A stretch of DNA of 58,959 bases, filler included, from Sphacelaria rigidula (Eukaryota), in assembly GCA_964200075.2 (NCBI GenBank). It is 10 parts of 10 records of this genome, joined end to end, with 100 filler letters (N's around TTAATTAATTAA, not from the genome) between each part and the next. Parts side by side here need not be neighbours in the genome. Positions count along the whole stretch, not along the records: positions 1 to 5,806 come from CAXNAA020024318.1; positions 5,907 to 11,712 come from CAXNAA020024319.1; 8 more parts are not named here. One strand, given 5' to 3'. Below are positions 1-11,243 of the stretch, piece by piece. The notes below the pieces were generated by a model, which did no database searches, had not been told where the DNA came from, and saw nothing but the letters and a program-made list of their open reading frames with translations. The position numbers and the translations under genes are program-made. The number at the start of each line of letters is the position of its first letter. The first letter of the stretch is position 1.

Positions 1-249
1 AAACAAAGAAGAAAAAAAAAAAAGTCCCCCCCCCCCCCCCCCCCCCCCCTATCGTAGGAGGACTCCCAGCAACACTTAGGTCAGCTGAAGAAGGCTTGCT
101 ATTACCTGTGCGTGCGGCCGCTGAGGGAAGCCTTTGCCTCAGGGACTGGCGGTCGATCCTCCCACACCTCAGACTTATACTCGGCACTGACGGACCAAGT
201 TCAGGGCCCGGTGTAGATCTGAGTCGCGGGGTGACACGACTGTTACGCG

Positions 250-486
250 GTGTGTGGAGGGGTGAAGACAGGCGTCGATTTGAACGGTCGTCAGTTGCGC
301 TCCTGCATAGTGCCGGGGGAGCTGGGCGAACAACCTTAGTCGCGGGCTCTGCGGGCTGTTTTAAAAAGGGTGTGGAGGTTGGAGACGGGGGTCGATTTGA
401 ACGGCCGTCTGTGATGCTCCTGGATAGTGCCGAGGGAGTCGGGTAAACAATATTAGTCACGGGCTCTGTGGGCTGTGTTGAAAAAA
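250..486. repeat. Diverged tandem duplication, period 117 bp (39 codons), downstream of the gag relic
   Basis: gtcgatttgaacgg at 274 and 391, each followed by matching gctcctg..atagtgcc..gggctctg.gggctgt. Confidence 0.8.
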
Positions 487-541
487 TCTTCGCTACTGCT
501 ATCGGCGGCGCGGAAGTCCGTAGAACGCCGGCGTCGGCACG

Positions 542-1500
542 TCATGGGTCTACGCGATCCAAAGTGAAGGTACCAGGTTTTCTGGTGTTGGGGTTCGAGT
601 TGTATTTTGACCCCGTCCACTGATGTCCATCAGGGGATCGTTCGTTGTCGCGATAATTATGATCGTTCTGGCGAGGGCTTGCATTACTGTTGTTCTGTCG
701 GCGACCGCGATTAGAGCTTTTTTGGCCACCTTGATTCGAATTGTTACGATGATTTCGATTTGGTGGGCGATAGTCGCGCATGCGTTCTTGCCATCGGCGC
801 CACGCGGCTTCATTGTCCTGCAATTCAGGGTTCATGAAATCAAAGGCATTGGTGCATGGACTGTCGCAGTCACGCATACTATGGCCTTGAACACTACAGT
901 TGATGCAACTGTTGGCATGACTGCTGAAGACGTTGCGTATAGCAGGAGACGAAAGAAGTGGGTTCCACAAATGGGGATCATCTGTAATGAATGCCGTTGT
1001 TCAAGTCAAGTAAACATCATCCCAAGTTTCCTCGGAAAACGGCCAACCATCAAAACTCGCACTGAATGCATCTATGTTGCTTTGAACATGCATAACTGAA
1101 CTGGCAACCGAATCAAGGGTCCATGAAGCGCGAGATGAACTCGAATTTCTGCCGCGAGGCTCTTGGGCATGAGCGGAGGACACAACCGTAGGTTGTGAAC
1201 GCAGAGGCGTAAAAGGCTTGCCACGTATGGCGGGCGTTAGATTACCCTCCTGGTGTACAAAAGCAGACCACATAGCATCAACAGAGGCGTAAGGCACCTT
1301 GCGATGCGCCAAGACACCTGGAAACAATGGCGGCATCAGAGCCGGATACTGTTGACCAACACTATTGCAAACGGAAGTCTGACACATGGCGTCGCTCGGT
1401 CCGTTTTGGCGTCTGATACCCGTAGTACCAGAGACTAAAAGCTCAAATTCGCGAAGATAATCCGCGAAGGGGACATTCGATGTGACAGCAAAAGAGATCT
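542..1500 (-). pseudogene. LTR-retrotransposon gag-like relic with CCHC zinc knuckle
   Basis: ORF 542-970 contains CINCSVQGHSMRDC (C-X2-C-X4-H-X4-C). ORF 1001-1387 is in the same frame, separated by a TGA at 1001-1003. The frame continues upstream as PFADYLREFELLVSG. 5' boundary approximate. Confidence 0.75.
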
Positions 1501-3075
1501 TCAGCGGCGGGCTTCACACGCCCAAACTACGAACTCCGCTGCTCAACGAGCCCTGCAGGAAGGTCGCACTGCTTCCATGGCGGCCCAGAGACGGCTGCGG
1601 GATCTCGAGGACCATGTCCGACGGACCGCTCACGAAGCGGCTTATACGTCCGTGGCTCGCCTGACCAATCATCAGGCCTCTCCGCCGTCCGCCGGCAATC
1701 CGCTCAGTGGTTGCCCTTCTCACCAGCCCTCGGCTCACAAGGCCCAGCCCAAGACCGGTACGTCGACTTGCACTATTCCACGTAAGTCCGGCCAACCATC
1801 GCAGCGATATGACGGTGTGTATCGAACAGGCTAAACGGAATTCGTAAAGCGGTACTCGTTCGCTTGTTTTTAGCCGGCGTCAAAGTTCATGTGCATACAA
1901 GTATCGTATATAGTGTTTCGCATAGCACGCAGGCGCTCCCTGTACTCTGCATACAGGACGATTGAGAATATTTAAATCGCGTGCAGTTTTGCACTTCCTC
2001 TACTGTCCATGAGCTTGTTCGCTATTCGGTTGGCCACCTCAACATGCAACTCCGTTCGTGGACTCCATCACGAGATTAGGTGCTGAAGTTTTTGCCAACA
2101 AAAAATGAAAACGTCATGCCAAGAGGGGCGTGGTGTCGATTCTCTTGTCCCCAGCAGGGTATGTATCCCTTTGATCAGCTCTTGATCTATGTTGCAGGGT
2201 TGAGTTGGTAGCTGCGAATGATCCATGTGGATTTTGCATAGGTCTTTAGAACGCTGGTATCTGGTATGGTCGTCTGCAACATGCAGAAGCTATGTGTCGC
2301 TTCGTTCATTACGCTGCTCGTTTCGCTCGAAACATCCAAGCTCTTGGTTATGACTCAGCCCGTCGCGCGCTAATGATCATAAAATAAATTTGAAGCTACC
2401 TGAGAACATGGGTACCTCCGCCTCCCTCCCCCGCCCGCCGTTGGACACGGTACAGTCTGTACGTGCTCATGTACAGTACAATACAGTATTTGATACATCA
2501 GCCAACTGTTGAGAGCATCGTCTCATGCGCACCGCTTCTTCCCCTTCACTGTCTTTATTCGCCGACGGAGACATCATTAAGCCTTGACACGGCCCCGTTC
2601 GACCGCAGGATGAGCACCTGATCACCTACTCAACCATGCGGCGAGCCACTTCCTACACACAGAACAGACGCACGTACCCTGTTACGCGATTTTCTAGATG
2701 GCGGCCTAACTTCGGTACTACTGTACCATGTTGGCCGCGTCGATTTTGTACTGTACTTGCCTACTGCATTGATGAACGTCCGAATTGATCCATTTGCATC
2801 GTCGCCAGCTGCATCGTGTACCGGTACCGTGAGCGTGTTGGGGTGTATATCGTGGATCCTTCACGTCACAAGGGAAACTGCCCTTATTCAGATGAGGTAT
2901 TTCCCATTCCACAGCATATTGGGTTGGAACGCCTCACTTTCGACCCCTGTTACTGTGTGACCGTATGCCCTCTGGGATGCGGCTTTTTCTTCTTGCGCAA
3001 GTCTTCAGTGGGAACCGTGTTGAAGGATCCGAACCCCGATTGTAGTCAACCACCGTGACTCCCCCGGTAACCCGT

Positions 3076-3375
3076 AACAACGTTTTCGTGAGATTGAGAG
3101 TAGAGCGCTAATTGAGGGTGGCATTGGTCATTCGATTTTACTCGGCCATTTTTTCATGCCATGTGTGCTGTTCTTTTCCTCTATCACTAGCGTGTGCTTA
3201 AAGCTACACGTCGATATCCTACTCAGGGATATCAAGGGTCTTAGTGGCGGGCTATTACAGAAACCGTATCGGGCCTCATGGAGGAGCATTTCGGAACTGA
3301 AACGATTCAGTCACGATTTGACCGCTTTTCACTCTCAATCATATTCTCCACTCTTAATCTCACGAAAACATTGTT
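3076..3375. mobile_element. ~300-bp MITE, family A, ~30-bp TIRs (AACAACGTTTTCGTGAGATTGAGAGTAGAG)
   Basis: The left end is the near-perfect reverse complement of the right end ctccactcttaatctcacgaaaacattgtt; homologous copies in other contigs. Confidence 0.9.
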
Positions 3376-3704
3376 TCGTGCACAGGATATGCGAGACCCC
3401 CTCCTTCGAACCCGACGTACAATGGACGTGTAAGGGCACACGGTCGGCAGTTTGTATATAGCTTAACGTCAAGCACCGTGGTGGAGGAGGGGGTGAATGG
3501 GAAGATCACCTAGATGAGTTCAGCTGGCCACCACGCTCGACGAGACTACCTCAGCTTTGCAAATGCGGCAAATGCTGGATGTGTACAGGCCTCGGGACGG
3601 GAAGAGGAGCGGGATGTAGACGTGGAAGAGGAACCGTAGTCACGAACAGTCGATCGTTACCCGGTGTCTGGCGTCTGCTGTACCGTTATTTAATAGTGGA
3701 TACT

Positions 3705-3931
3705 AATTTTTGGGGTTGAGACAAAAAATGGGGTTGAAGTCGCATTTCTTTATTGCAGGGAAGATGCGAAAGAGTAACACAGAGCGAAAGTATCTTCCTC
3801 CTCAAAACTCCGCAGGAGGAGTTAACCGTTAGACCGCGAAAGTAGGTCACCCGCTGAATCGGCATCAATATTCACTTGGAAAAAGTACACGTGGTCCAGA
3901 TGGACTACCGGCACCGCGGTCCAAGGGTTAA
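3705..3931. mobile_element. piggyBac-type element end (..ccaaGGG|TTAA), truncated
   Basis: Ends GGG then TTAA (3928-3931); ~220 bp matches the reverse complement of 11813-12035. Confidence 0.7.
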
Positions 3932-5270
3932 GTAACTCTGGCTAGGTGCACCCAGCGAATGCGGCGTACACGCATGTCGATGACGATATCACCAGAGAGA
4001 GAAGCAACGACTGAGAGGAAGCTCCTCACCCGTGTCCTCTGCGTGTCCTCGCTCGGCAATTACCACTATCGCTCGAGTGACTCGCATCATCGATATTACG
4101 AGCATGTACCCAATTTTTCTATGCTGTGCCTAAAGACCGAGCCGCGGAGAGATTTCGTATCTTCTTGCTTGCTTGATGCGAAGATCAATTTCTCTCTGCC
4201 TCTCTTTTTGGACAAGACGCGCGTCTGTGCACTGAAAAACTTGTCGTGGAAAAATAGGGCAATGTTCCCATCACCGCTACTACTGTTCTCTGTCACACAC
4301 ATGCCCGCAAGGACGGTGCTGCGGCAAAACCAGATAGGTCCAATATGAGCTTAGGGGGTGTTATTCATCGTCGAGTTTCCCCCACCTCCCCCCGCTTAAC
4401 CACACGCCAGTTGGGGGGAGTGCACGAGAGATCAAACACTTGTGAAGACCTTCTTAAAATGCAGAGTGAAAAAAGATATCTATGGTGGTGACCTAACTGT
4501 TGCTAGCGTCGTGCAGAGGGGTGTGTGGTAGTATTGGAAAGCAGAGCAAGCCACAACCCAAGATGGGTGAGTATGTGACGCACTGGTCCTGTTTTTGGCT
4601 CGTAACTCAAACTGTGGGTTTCTCTCGCACAAGATACTCGTCAACAGCTGACAGCTGTTATTGAAAGTAAGCACTGAGCTCTTCCTGAAAAGGACACCAC
4701 TAGACATCAAGGGGTTATGTTACTTGTGACTTACTCGTGTTATAGTTCATCACAGCTTGCCGGCAGAAAGGGAGACGTCGCGCAGAACGATGAAAAGCTG
4801 ATGGTCCTTCTTGTGATTAGTTCTACGGTAGGCCTTTCTCTGGCAGATGAAACGCAAGTGGGCTTGGTGGGCGATGGTGCTCACGATTACCCTCAAAGCT
4901 CATAGCTACGCATACAATGTTGTCATATACATACAAATCAGCATGACGCACTGTACCTCAAGCCAATCAAAGCTGTAGTAGCAGCAGGTACACGCGGCTA
5001 ATCGGGTGCAATCCTCATCCGACTCCTGGGGCAAGATCAACGGTTCAATATTGCAATTTCATGTAAACACAAGCACACATTCGACTTGAATCTTGGCTTC
5101 ATACCCGCCGGTCGTTTCTGGGGACCATTGGCAATTCCCAAAGAACTAATTTAATTCATGCACTCGGTCATTTATCATCGCAGGTGCGTCAGCTGCGATC
5201 TGGAACTTTCGTTGATCTACCCTACTGACTGCCTGCCGTGCCTAGAGGTCACACTGGGTACTGTAACATG

Positions 5271-5735
5271 TTATTATGTACCCAAATTCGGAACACCTTT
5301 GGAAACGAAAGACTTCCTTTTTTTAAAGTACGCCGACATGGTTGAAATGACTCTCCTCACCCGAGGGATTGCGGCTTCCCGTCCGCCCGCCAGGTATAAA
5401 AGAAGGACAGCATAGTTATACATGTGACGCCCACGGGGTAACACAGAGTTTCTCCTCTATGAAAATGCCAGTCTTCCTAACTGCAAACAGTTCGATGCCC
5501 ATTGGTTTCTGATGAAAACGTTAAATTGTCGAGTTGTGATGGTACTGTACTGATTGGCACATGCCAATGCCAGGAAAGATTCATAGTGGTGTTCGACACT
5601 ATCTTCGAACGTTTGAACGGACCCAAAGCGAACACTTTCCCTCGGGTAAAGAGAGTAATTTCAACCATGTCGACGTACTTCGAAAAAACGAACTCTTTCG
5701 TTTCCAAATGTATTCCGAATGTGGGTACATAATAA
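5271..5735. mobile_element. MITE with ~100-bp imperfect terminal inverted repeats
   Basis: ttattatgtacccaaattcggaacacctttggaaacgaaag... at 5271 mirrored by ...ctttcgtttccaaatgtattccgaatgtgggtacataataa ending 5735. Confidence 0.85.
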
Positions 5736-5739
5736 TAAA

Positions 5740-5806
5740 CAGGGTTGCCAGAAAAATGAGAACGTATTTTGAAATGAGAATCAACCGCTCCCCGGGATTG
5801 TGTCCA
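5740..5806. mobile_element. Terminus of a young TIR DNA transposon (CAGGGTTGCCAGAAAAATGAG...), cut by contig end
   Basis: Identical sequence at both ends of contig 10. CAGGG termini are common in hAT-type elements (superfamily is inference). Confidence 0.75.
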
Positions 5807-5906
5807 NNNNNNNNNNNNNNNNNNNNNNNNNNNNNNNNNNNNNNNNNNNNTTAATTAATTAANNNNNNNNNNNNNNNNNNNNNNNNNNNNNNNNNNNNNN
5901 NNNNNN
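5807..5906. other. Artificial contig-joining spacer (44 N + TTAATTAATTAA + 44 N); identical spacers at 11713-11812, 17619-17718, 23525-23624, 29431-29530, 35337-35436, 41243-41342, 47149-47248, 53055-53154
   Basis: Nine identical 100-bp blocks at exact 5906-bp periodicity; TTAATTAATTAA places stops in all six frames. Confidence 0.99.
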
Positions 5907-5954
5907 TCCTCTTTTCCGGCGTGGGGGGGGGGGACGGGGGGGGGGGGGGGGGGG

Positions 5955-6432
5955 GTGTTGCTCATGGTCTTGCATGCCGTAATCATATGACCATTGACCT
6001 CGCATCCCTGCAAAGCCGGGACGGAGCACGCCCGGTTTTCGCCGGACCAGGCTCGCAATCAATAACCAAGCGCGGAGCGCCGTGATGTGGCGAGTCGCAT
6101 GAACGGTGAGCTGTATCCTGCTACGATTGTTCGGCCCTTTGTCTTACATCTGGATGGCAGCTTCCGATGACTTGCTTCATTTTTTGGTTTCATCACTTCA
6201 AGAGACAGCCACGGGTCACACACTGCCTTATGGGTACCTCACCATCTAAGCACTACGTAATACTCGTACGATCACCCCCTTTGCGCGGAGTTGAAGTTCT
6301 CCCACCCCGCACATTATGATCTAGCTCGACCACCATCATGACTACAGCAAAGAAAGGGCAACCTGGTTGCCTTGCTTACGCAGTAAGTGGCGTGCTTTGC
6401 AGCGTCGTTGCCAACCGATTCCAACCCTGTGG
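5955..6432 (-). mobile_element. ~480-bp non-autonomous (SINE-like) retroelement with LINE-derived 3' end and poly(C) tail
   Basis: Near-full copies at 50969-51467 and 52350-52787. The terminal ~70 nt align with the LINE 3' end at 6628-6695. Poly-G (plus strand) at 5922-5955. Confidence 0.75.
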
Positions 6433-6627
6433 GAAGGAGGGGGGATTACTCATGATCTTGCATGCCGTAGTTATGTCACCATTGACGGGGGGGGGGGACT
6501 CATCTATTGCTTGTCGTAGTCGTTCGACCATCCACCACNNNNNNGGGTGGTGGTGGTGTGGGGGGGGGTGGGGGTTGCTGCTGGGTGGTGGTGGCGGGGG
6601 TGGGGGGAGGTGGGGGGGGGGGGGGGG

Positions 6628-9453
6628 GACTCATCTATTGCTTGTCGTAGTCGTTCGACCATCCACCACGCATCCCTTTCGAGACGGAGCACCGTTCCAA
6701 CTCCCAATAGAGACACCTCCAACATTCCGGCGCTCGTTACGTTTCTTCCATACATTACACAAAAACCTTTTACATATCCTATCCCCGTCCTGTTTCGCCA
6801 TCTGTGGCCACCATCTATCTCCTAGTGTAGCCGTCGTTTTCTCCCCGTCTAATCCATCAAACGATTTCATGCCATATTCGTTTACTTCCGCACTTCCTCC
6901 TTCCTCTAGCACGTCCCGTTCCTCCTTGTATACTTCACATTCTGCCACTATATAACCTCTGCTCTCCATTGCTTTGCCACAGGGGAAATTCTGTGCACCC
7001 TCTTTCTCCTCCAATTTCCTCCTACACTCGACTACTGGTTTATCTCGCTCTTCTTTCTGGCAGGTCCAGGTCCCCCATCCGGAATCGTGGTTCCAACCTT
7101 CTCGCCGAGTCCATTGGGCCCTGTATATTTGTTTTCATCCCGGTCTCCTCTCTCAACCCCCCGTATATCTTCTGGTATTTTTCCTCGTCTACTTTCCGTG
7201 TTGACATTTCTTCCTCTCTTATTTCTACCATGTCTCTTACTTGTGTCTTGTACCCCCCGCCTTCACCTGTGGACATTATCTCGTCGTCTTGGTTTCCTCC
7301 CATCTCTTTCCATACTTTCTCTACTACTCTATCCCACCTTATTCCACCCTGCTCTTTCGTCATTTTCTTCCATACAGCCCCATCAACTATGGTTGGCAAT
7401 CTCCTTCTCTGCATATTCTTTACGCTATATAGTCCTTTCAATTTGCTCATGTCTCTGTTTGTTTTTAGTGAGTACATTCCCAACTCTGCTCTCAAAACTG
7501 TATTACTAGTCGTTCTCGAGCATCCAAGTATCTTCTTGGCTACTGCCACCTGTACTGTTTCCAACTTTCCCACCAACTTGACGTTCCCCTCCCATACTTC
7601 TCCTGCATATTCCAGCTTTGGTACAATCGCGTTCATCAGGAAACATATCTTAATCCTAGTATCTAGGTGTGAGCCTCTGAGGATCACGTCCATGCTGCCT
7701 ATCTGTGTCTTACCCTTTTCTATTACTTTATTCATATGTGCATTTCAATAACACTTTTTTTTTTACCTTCGCGCCAAGGTATGTATACTGGTCTACGATC
7801 GGCAGTTCCTCTTCTCCCCACTTCCATTTGAACTCTACCGGATTTTTCTTATTTTCGTTACGTACAATTACAGCGCATTCGTTTACGTTCGCTGTCACTC
7901 TCCATTTCCTAGTGTATTCTAGCGCCTCCTCTATTTGCTTCTGCAATCCTTATGGTGTTTCTGATATCCCCACGAGATCATTCACGAATTTCAATCCCGA
8001 TACCGTGTCTTACCCCACCATGAATCCTTGCTTCGCTGCTTCCATTGCTTTCATCTTAGGTCATTAACCCTTTTGAAAGTCAAAATGGAAAATTAATCAT
8101 TTCCAGTTGACGGTTTTTGAGCAAGATACGGTTGATGGTTCACAGCTCAGACGCAACAATATTCGCCCAATGCGTATTTTTCAGACCCGTGCGAGTGACA
8201 AGTTGAACAAAAGAAGGTTCCCTATTTACCGAATGTGCCGTACCAGACCCTGGAACCCATTGCTCTTTTTTGAATGGAATGTTACAGTGTTTTTGCTAAT
8301 TATTATCGACGGATACAACTGGATACAGTTCATCTGTTGCGTGGTATGATTGGATTAACCTCACCCGACCTCTCCAGGGAGGACACTTTTTCCTGCACCC
8401 GCCGCGTGTGCTACTTGATTCTTGTTCGGTTTTCCACCATAAAAATGGTTGCCGTCGGCCTTTTTTTCTTTCCATCTTTTCCTCTGTAAGGGCTTCTCAT
8501 AATGAGGCATTTGGCCCGGGGACAGGAGGGGAGGGTTCCAAAAGGGTTTGTAAACGCTCTGAATAAAGCGAGCGATAACGCACATTCTTGTGCAACTCCT
8601 TGTAAAATATCAGAATATTTTGATACCGTCTAGCATCATGGTACTTTCGGCAACATTCTGTCATCTTCTTCCATAGCCTATTTCTCCATACTGTCATGGG
8701 CCTTTTGCACGTCCAGAAAGAAACACTACGTTGTCAGTTGTCAGCTCGGCGTCTTCCCTACCTTGAAAAATTTTACCTGATGTGTACACATGGTCTACGC
8801 AACTACGGTTTGGCTTGAAACCTGCTTGTCCCTCGCCGATTTTTCTTTCCTTTTCTAGCATCCTTCTCTATCGTTCAGGATCTTGCACAGAATATTTTCC
8901 CTACGGTGCTCAGTAGCACCATCTCCTTATAATTCCCTGAGTCAGCCTTCTCTCCTTTCTTGAAACGGTTGGCTACTGCTCCTTCTCTCCACCTCTTGGG
9001 TGTGTACTCATTTTTCTTATATCCAGTTATACAGCATAACGGTGATAGTAACCATCCCCTCTCCCCCGTACTTTGAAAATTCATCCACTATTTCATCTGC
9101 TCCTGCTGCCTTCTGTTCTTGAGTTTAGCTACACACTCCTTCATTTATTCTCTGGTGAATTATCTCTGCAATTCATTGGGGCCACTATCCTCCCGCGTTA
9201 ATGCCTCTACATTTGCCTCTGCCCATGCGTTCATTTCTTTCTCGAATTTCGTATCGAACCTCTTATTACGTTCTGGTGTTCCTAGTCTACGGTAGTGCTC
9301 TACTAGTACCTCCCTCTTCCCCTTCTAACCACCAACCATTTTACCATTCTGCGAACGTAGCGTGGCTATCCCCTTGCCTATCTTTCCTGCCTGGTTTCCC
9401 ATGATATATTTTATCCCTACCCACATTTGTTTCATCCCGCCATCGAAATCTTC
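6628..9453 (-). mobile_element. 5'-truncated degenerate non-LTR retrotransposon (LINE) ORF2: RT domain, C-terminal Cys motif and 3' end
   Basis: Minus-strand motifs: PKRWREG..FKKGEKADSGNY..LLSTVGKIF, QAGFKPNRSCVDH, FFLDVQKA, QGVAQEC.LS, decayed catalytic KFVND, YTYLG, VPKLEYAGEVW, PCGKAMESR.YIVAEC. Many stops and frameshifts. Confidence 0.93.
8068..8546. mobile_element. piggyBac-like MITE nested in the LINE RT domain
   Basis: TTAA (8064-8067) then CCCTTTTGAAA ... TTCCAAAAGGG (ends 8546). The LINE reading (F-I-N-D-L region) resumes across the insert; right TSD decayed to TTTG. Confidence 0.75.
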
Positions 9454-9833
9454 ATTTGGGGGGAGGGGAGGGGCGATGATAATTTTTACATGGAGGGTTA
9501 GAATGTGTGTGTTTTGTTAGGCCTTGACGTGTCATTCGGTGTCCGAGTCTGGTCCGTGAAAAGATTACGTACAGCTCAAGTTGATGAAATATGACCACAT
9601 GCGCATCCGGTTCGTATGTACAGAACACAGGGTACACGAAAATGAGTGATAGTCAACGTGCTGAAGCGTCGTCTGATGCCTGCATGCTATATAGCCTTGG
9701 GTGCGTACGTCCCTCTTACGACAACCCATACGGCTGTATTCGTAGCAAATCAATGAATATGCAACAGTCAATTAATCGACCACTCAACTCCCATCACCCA
9801 CTACATCGTGCGTATTTTGGGTACATTTCTCAC

Positions 9834-9909
9834 CTTGAGGTGCACCCTCAGGGATCCCCACAAGTAACGAGCGATAGCGAGCACCTCTCCCACCACGTGC
9901 ACGCCACCA
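9834..9909 (-). CDS. GBF1: GBF1/GNOM-type Sec7 ARF-GEF, internal exon (GGVHVVGEVLAIARYLWGSLRVHLK)
   Basis: AG acceptor and GTGAG donor; phase-2 start matches the preceding exon; resembles the GBF1 segment ending ..REHLK. Confidence 0.65.
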
Positions 9910-10446
9910 CTTCAGATTCGTTCGAGTCCAACCAAACAGGGGGGGTGGGAACAGCACCACGCGGGGGTTGGAGGGTTGGGCGTCATCCATCCATCCCTTT
10001 TTCTTCTCCAATGAGTAAAAACGGAGTAGATACGCTGTAGACACTCACAAGAGCCGATGAAAGCGCTGCAGAAAGCTACGGTCCCGCCGCCTTGGTTCGA
10101 CGGAGGCAGCGGCGATACTTCTACTGTAGCCACGATGAAATAAAATAAAAAGTCAAGTGTGCTTGCGATGAAAATCGGTGACACGTGGCGGGATGTCTTC
10201 GTATGTATCTATCCGCTGCACGACATGACAGTCACGGCTCGCAGGGGAAAAAAAAGAAGAGTAGAATATCGAAAAAAAGCGCTCTCATTGCACCCTCCCA
10301 ACGTTCCTTTCGAAAAAGGTCAGTACTATCTCCACTTCCCCCTGCCTGCCTCACATATATAAATATATACACCATCCCCTGCCCGTGCCGCTATCCGCAG
10401 CCACAAGAGACACAAAAGCTACGTACACAAGCCACAGACGACGCAC

Positions 10447-11243
10447 CTTCCTTGCACCAACTGCAACAGTGCAAAACACAGATCATCCCGCACCATGTCC
10501 AACAGCGGCGGATGCATCCCTAGCGCGGAACCAGCCGCCGCGATAGCCGTCTTCACCAATCTCAAGCACAGCACCCTTCGGGGGGTAGGCGCCGACATGC
10601 CACCGCCACCACCGATGCCTCCACCCCCGCCCCCCCCGCCATCTCCACCAGCCCCGCCACCGGCTCCAGCAACCCCACCCGCGACACCACCGACGTGAGC
10701 ATTCACTCCGCCGCCGCCCCCGCCATGCCTCAGAAGCTGCGAGCAGAAAAAACCGAACACTTTGATTACGCATGGGAGGCCGCGACTGCCGCCGCGACGG
10801 CCGCCACCGCTGCCGGCACTACCGCTGGGAATCCCATCTGTCCTTGGCTTAGGGCTGGCGATCGGTGCTCGCCTGATGTCCTCATCCTCCGACGGCGTCG
10901 GCGTCACTGCCGTGGCCTTGGACGAATTTATCGGGAAATTTCTGGCGGTGGAACTGTTGTCGTCGGTGGCGTCATCGTCTTGGTCGCAAGGACCACGTGG
11001 TGTGTTGTCATGCGGTTGTGGTGACAGTGGTGGGCGCGGCGGCGAGCTATGCGACGGAGGTTTCCCCACGGACGTTGCTCGTGTCGACGTTGGCGTCGGC
11101 ATTGGCACTAGTGTTGGGGTTGTTGTCTGGAGGGGGTCGAGATTTGGGGTTTCCCAAGTGCCCGGAAGTCGAGAAAAGAGCCAGCGTACCACGGTGAATA
11201 CGCCTTCCTCAGCCGTCGTTCGGAGCAGCGGCGAGTGGGCCGA
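10447..11243 (-). CDS. GBF1: GBF1/GNOM-type Sec7 ARF-GEF, large internal exon (end of DCB to HUS region)
   Basis: CAG acceptor at 11244-11246 after a pyrimidine tract, GTGCGT donor at 10441-10446. Motifs HSPLLRTTAEE..VVRWLFSRL, GLPCVIKVFGFFCSQL and LCLRLVKTAI..GSALGMHPPLLDMVRDDLCFALLQL. Confidence 0.8.

Noticed and set aside
5851..5862. TTAATTAATTAA as a biological motif or piggyBac site
   Set aside because: It is always centred in N runs at exact periodicity, so it is an artificial linker.
6969..7751. 260-aa hydrophobic-looking plus-strand ORF
   Set aside because: It is the antisense shadow of the purine-rich LINE ORF2.
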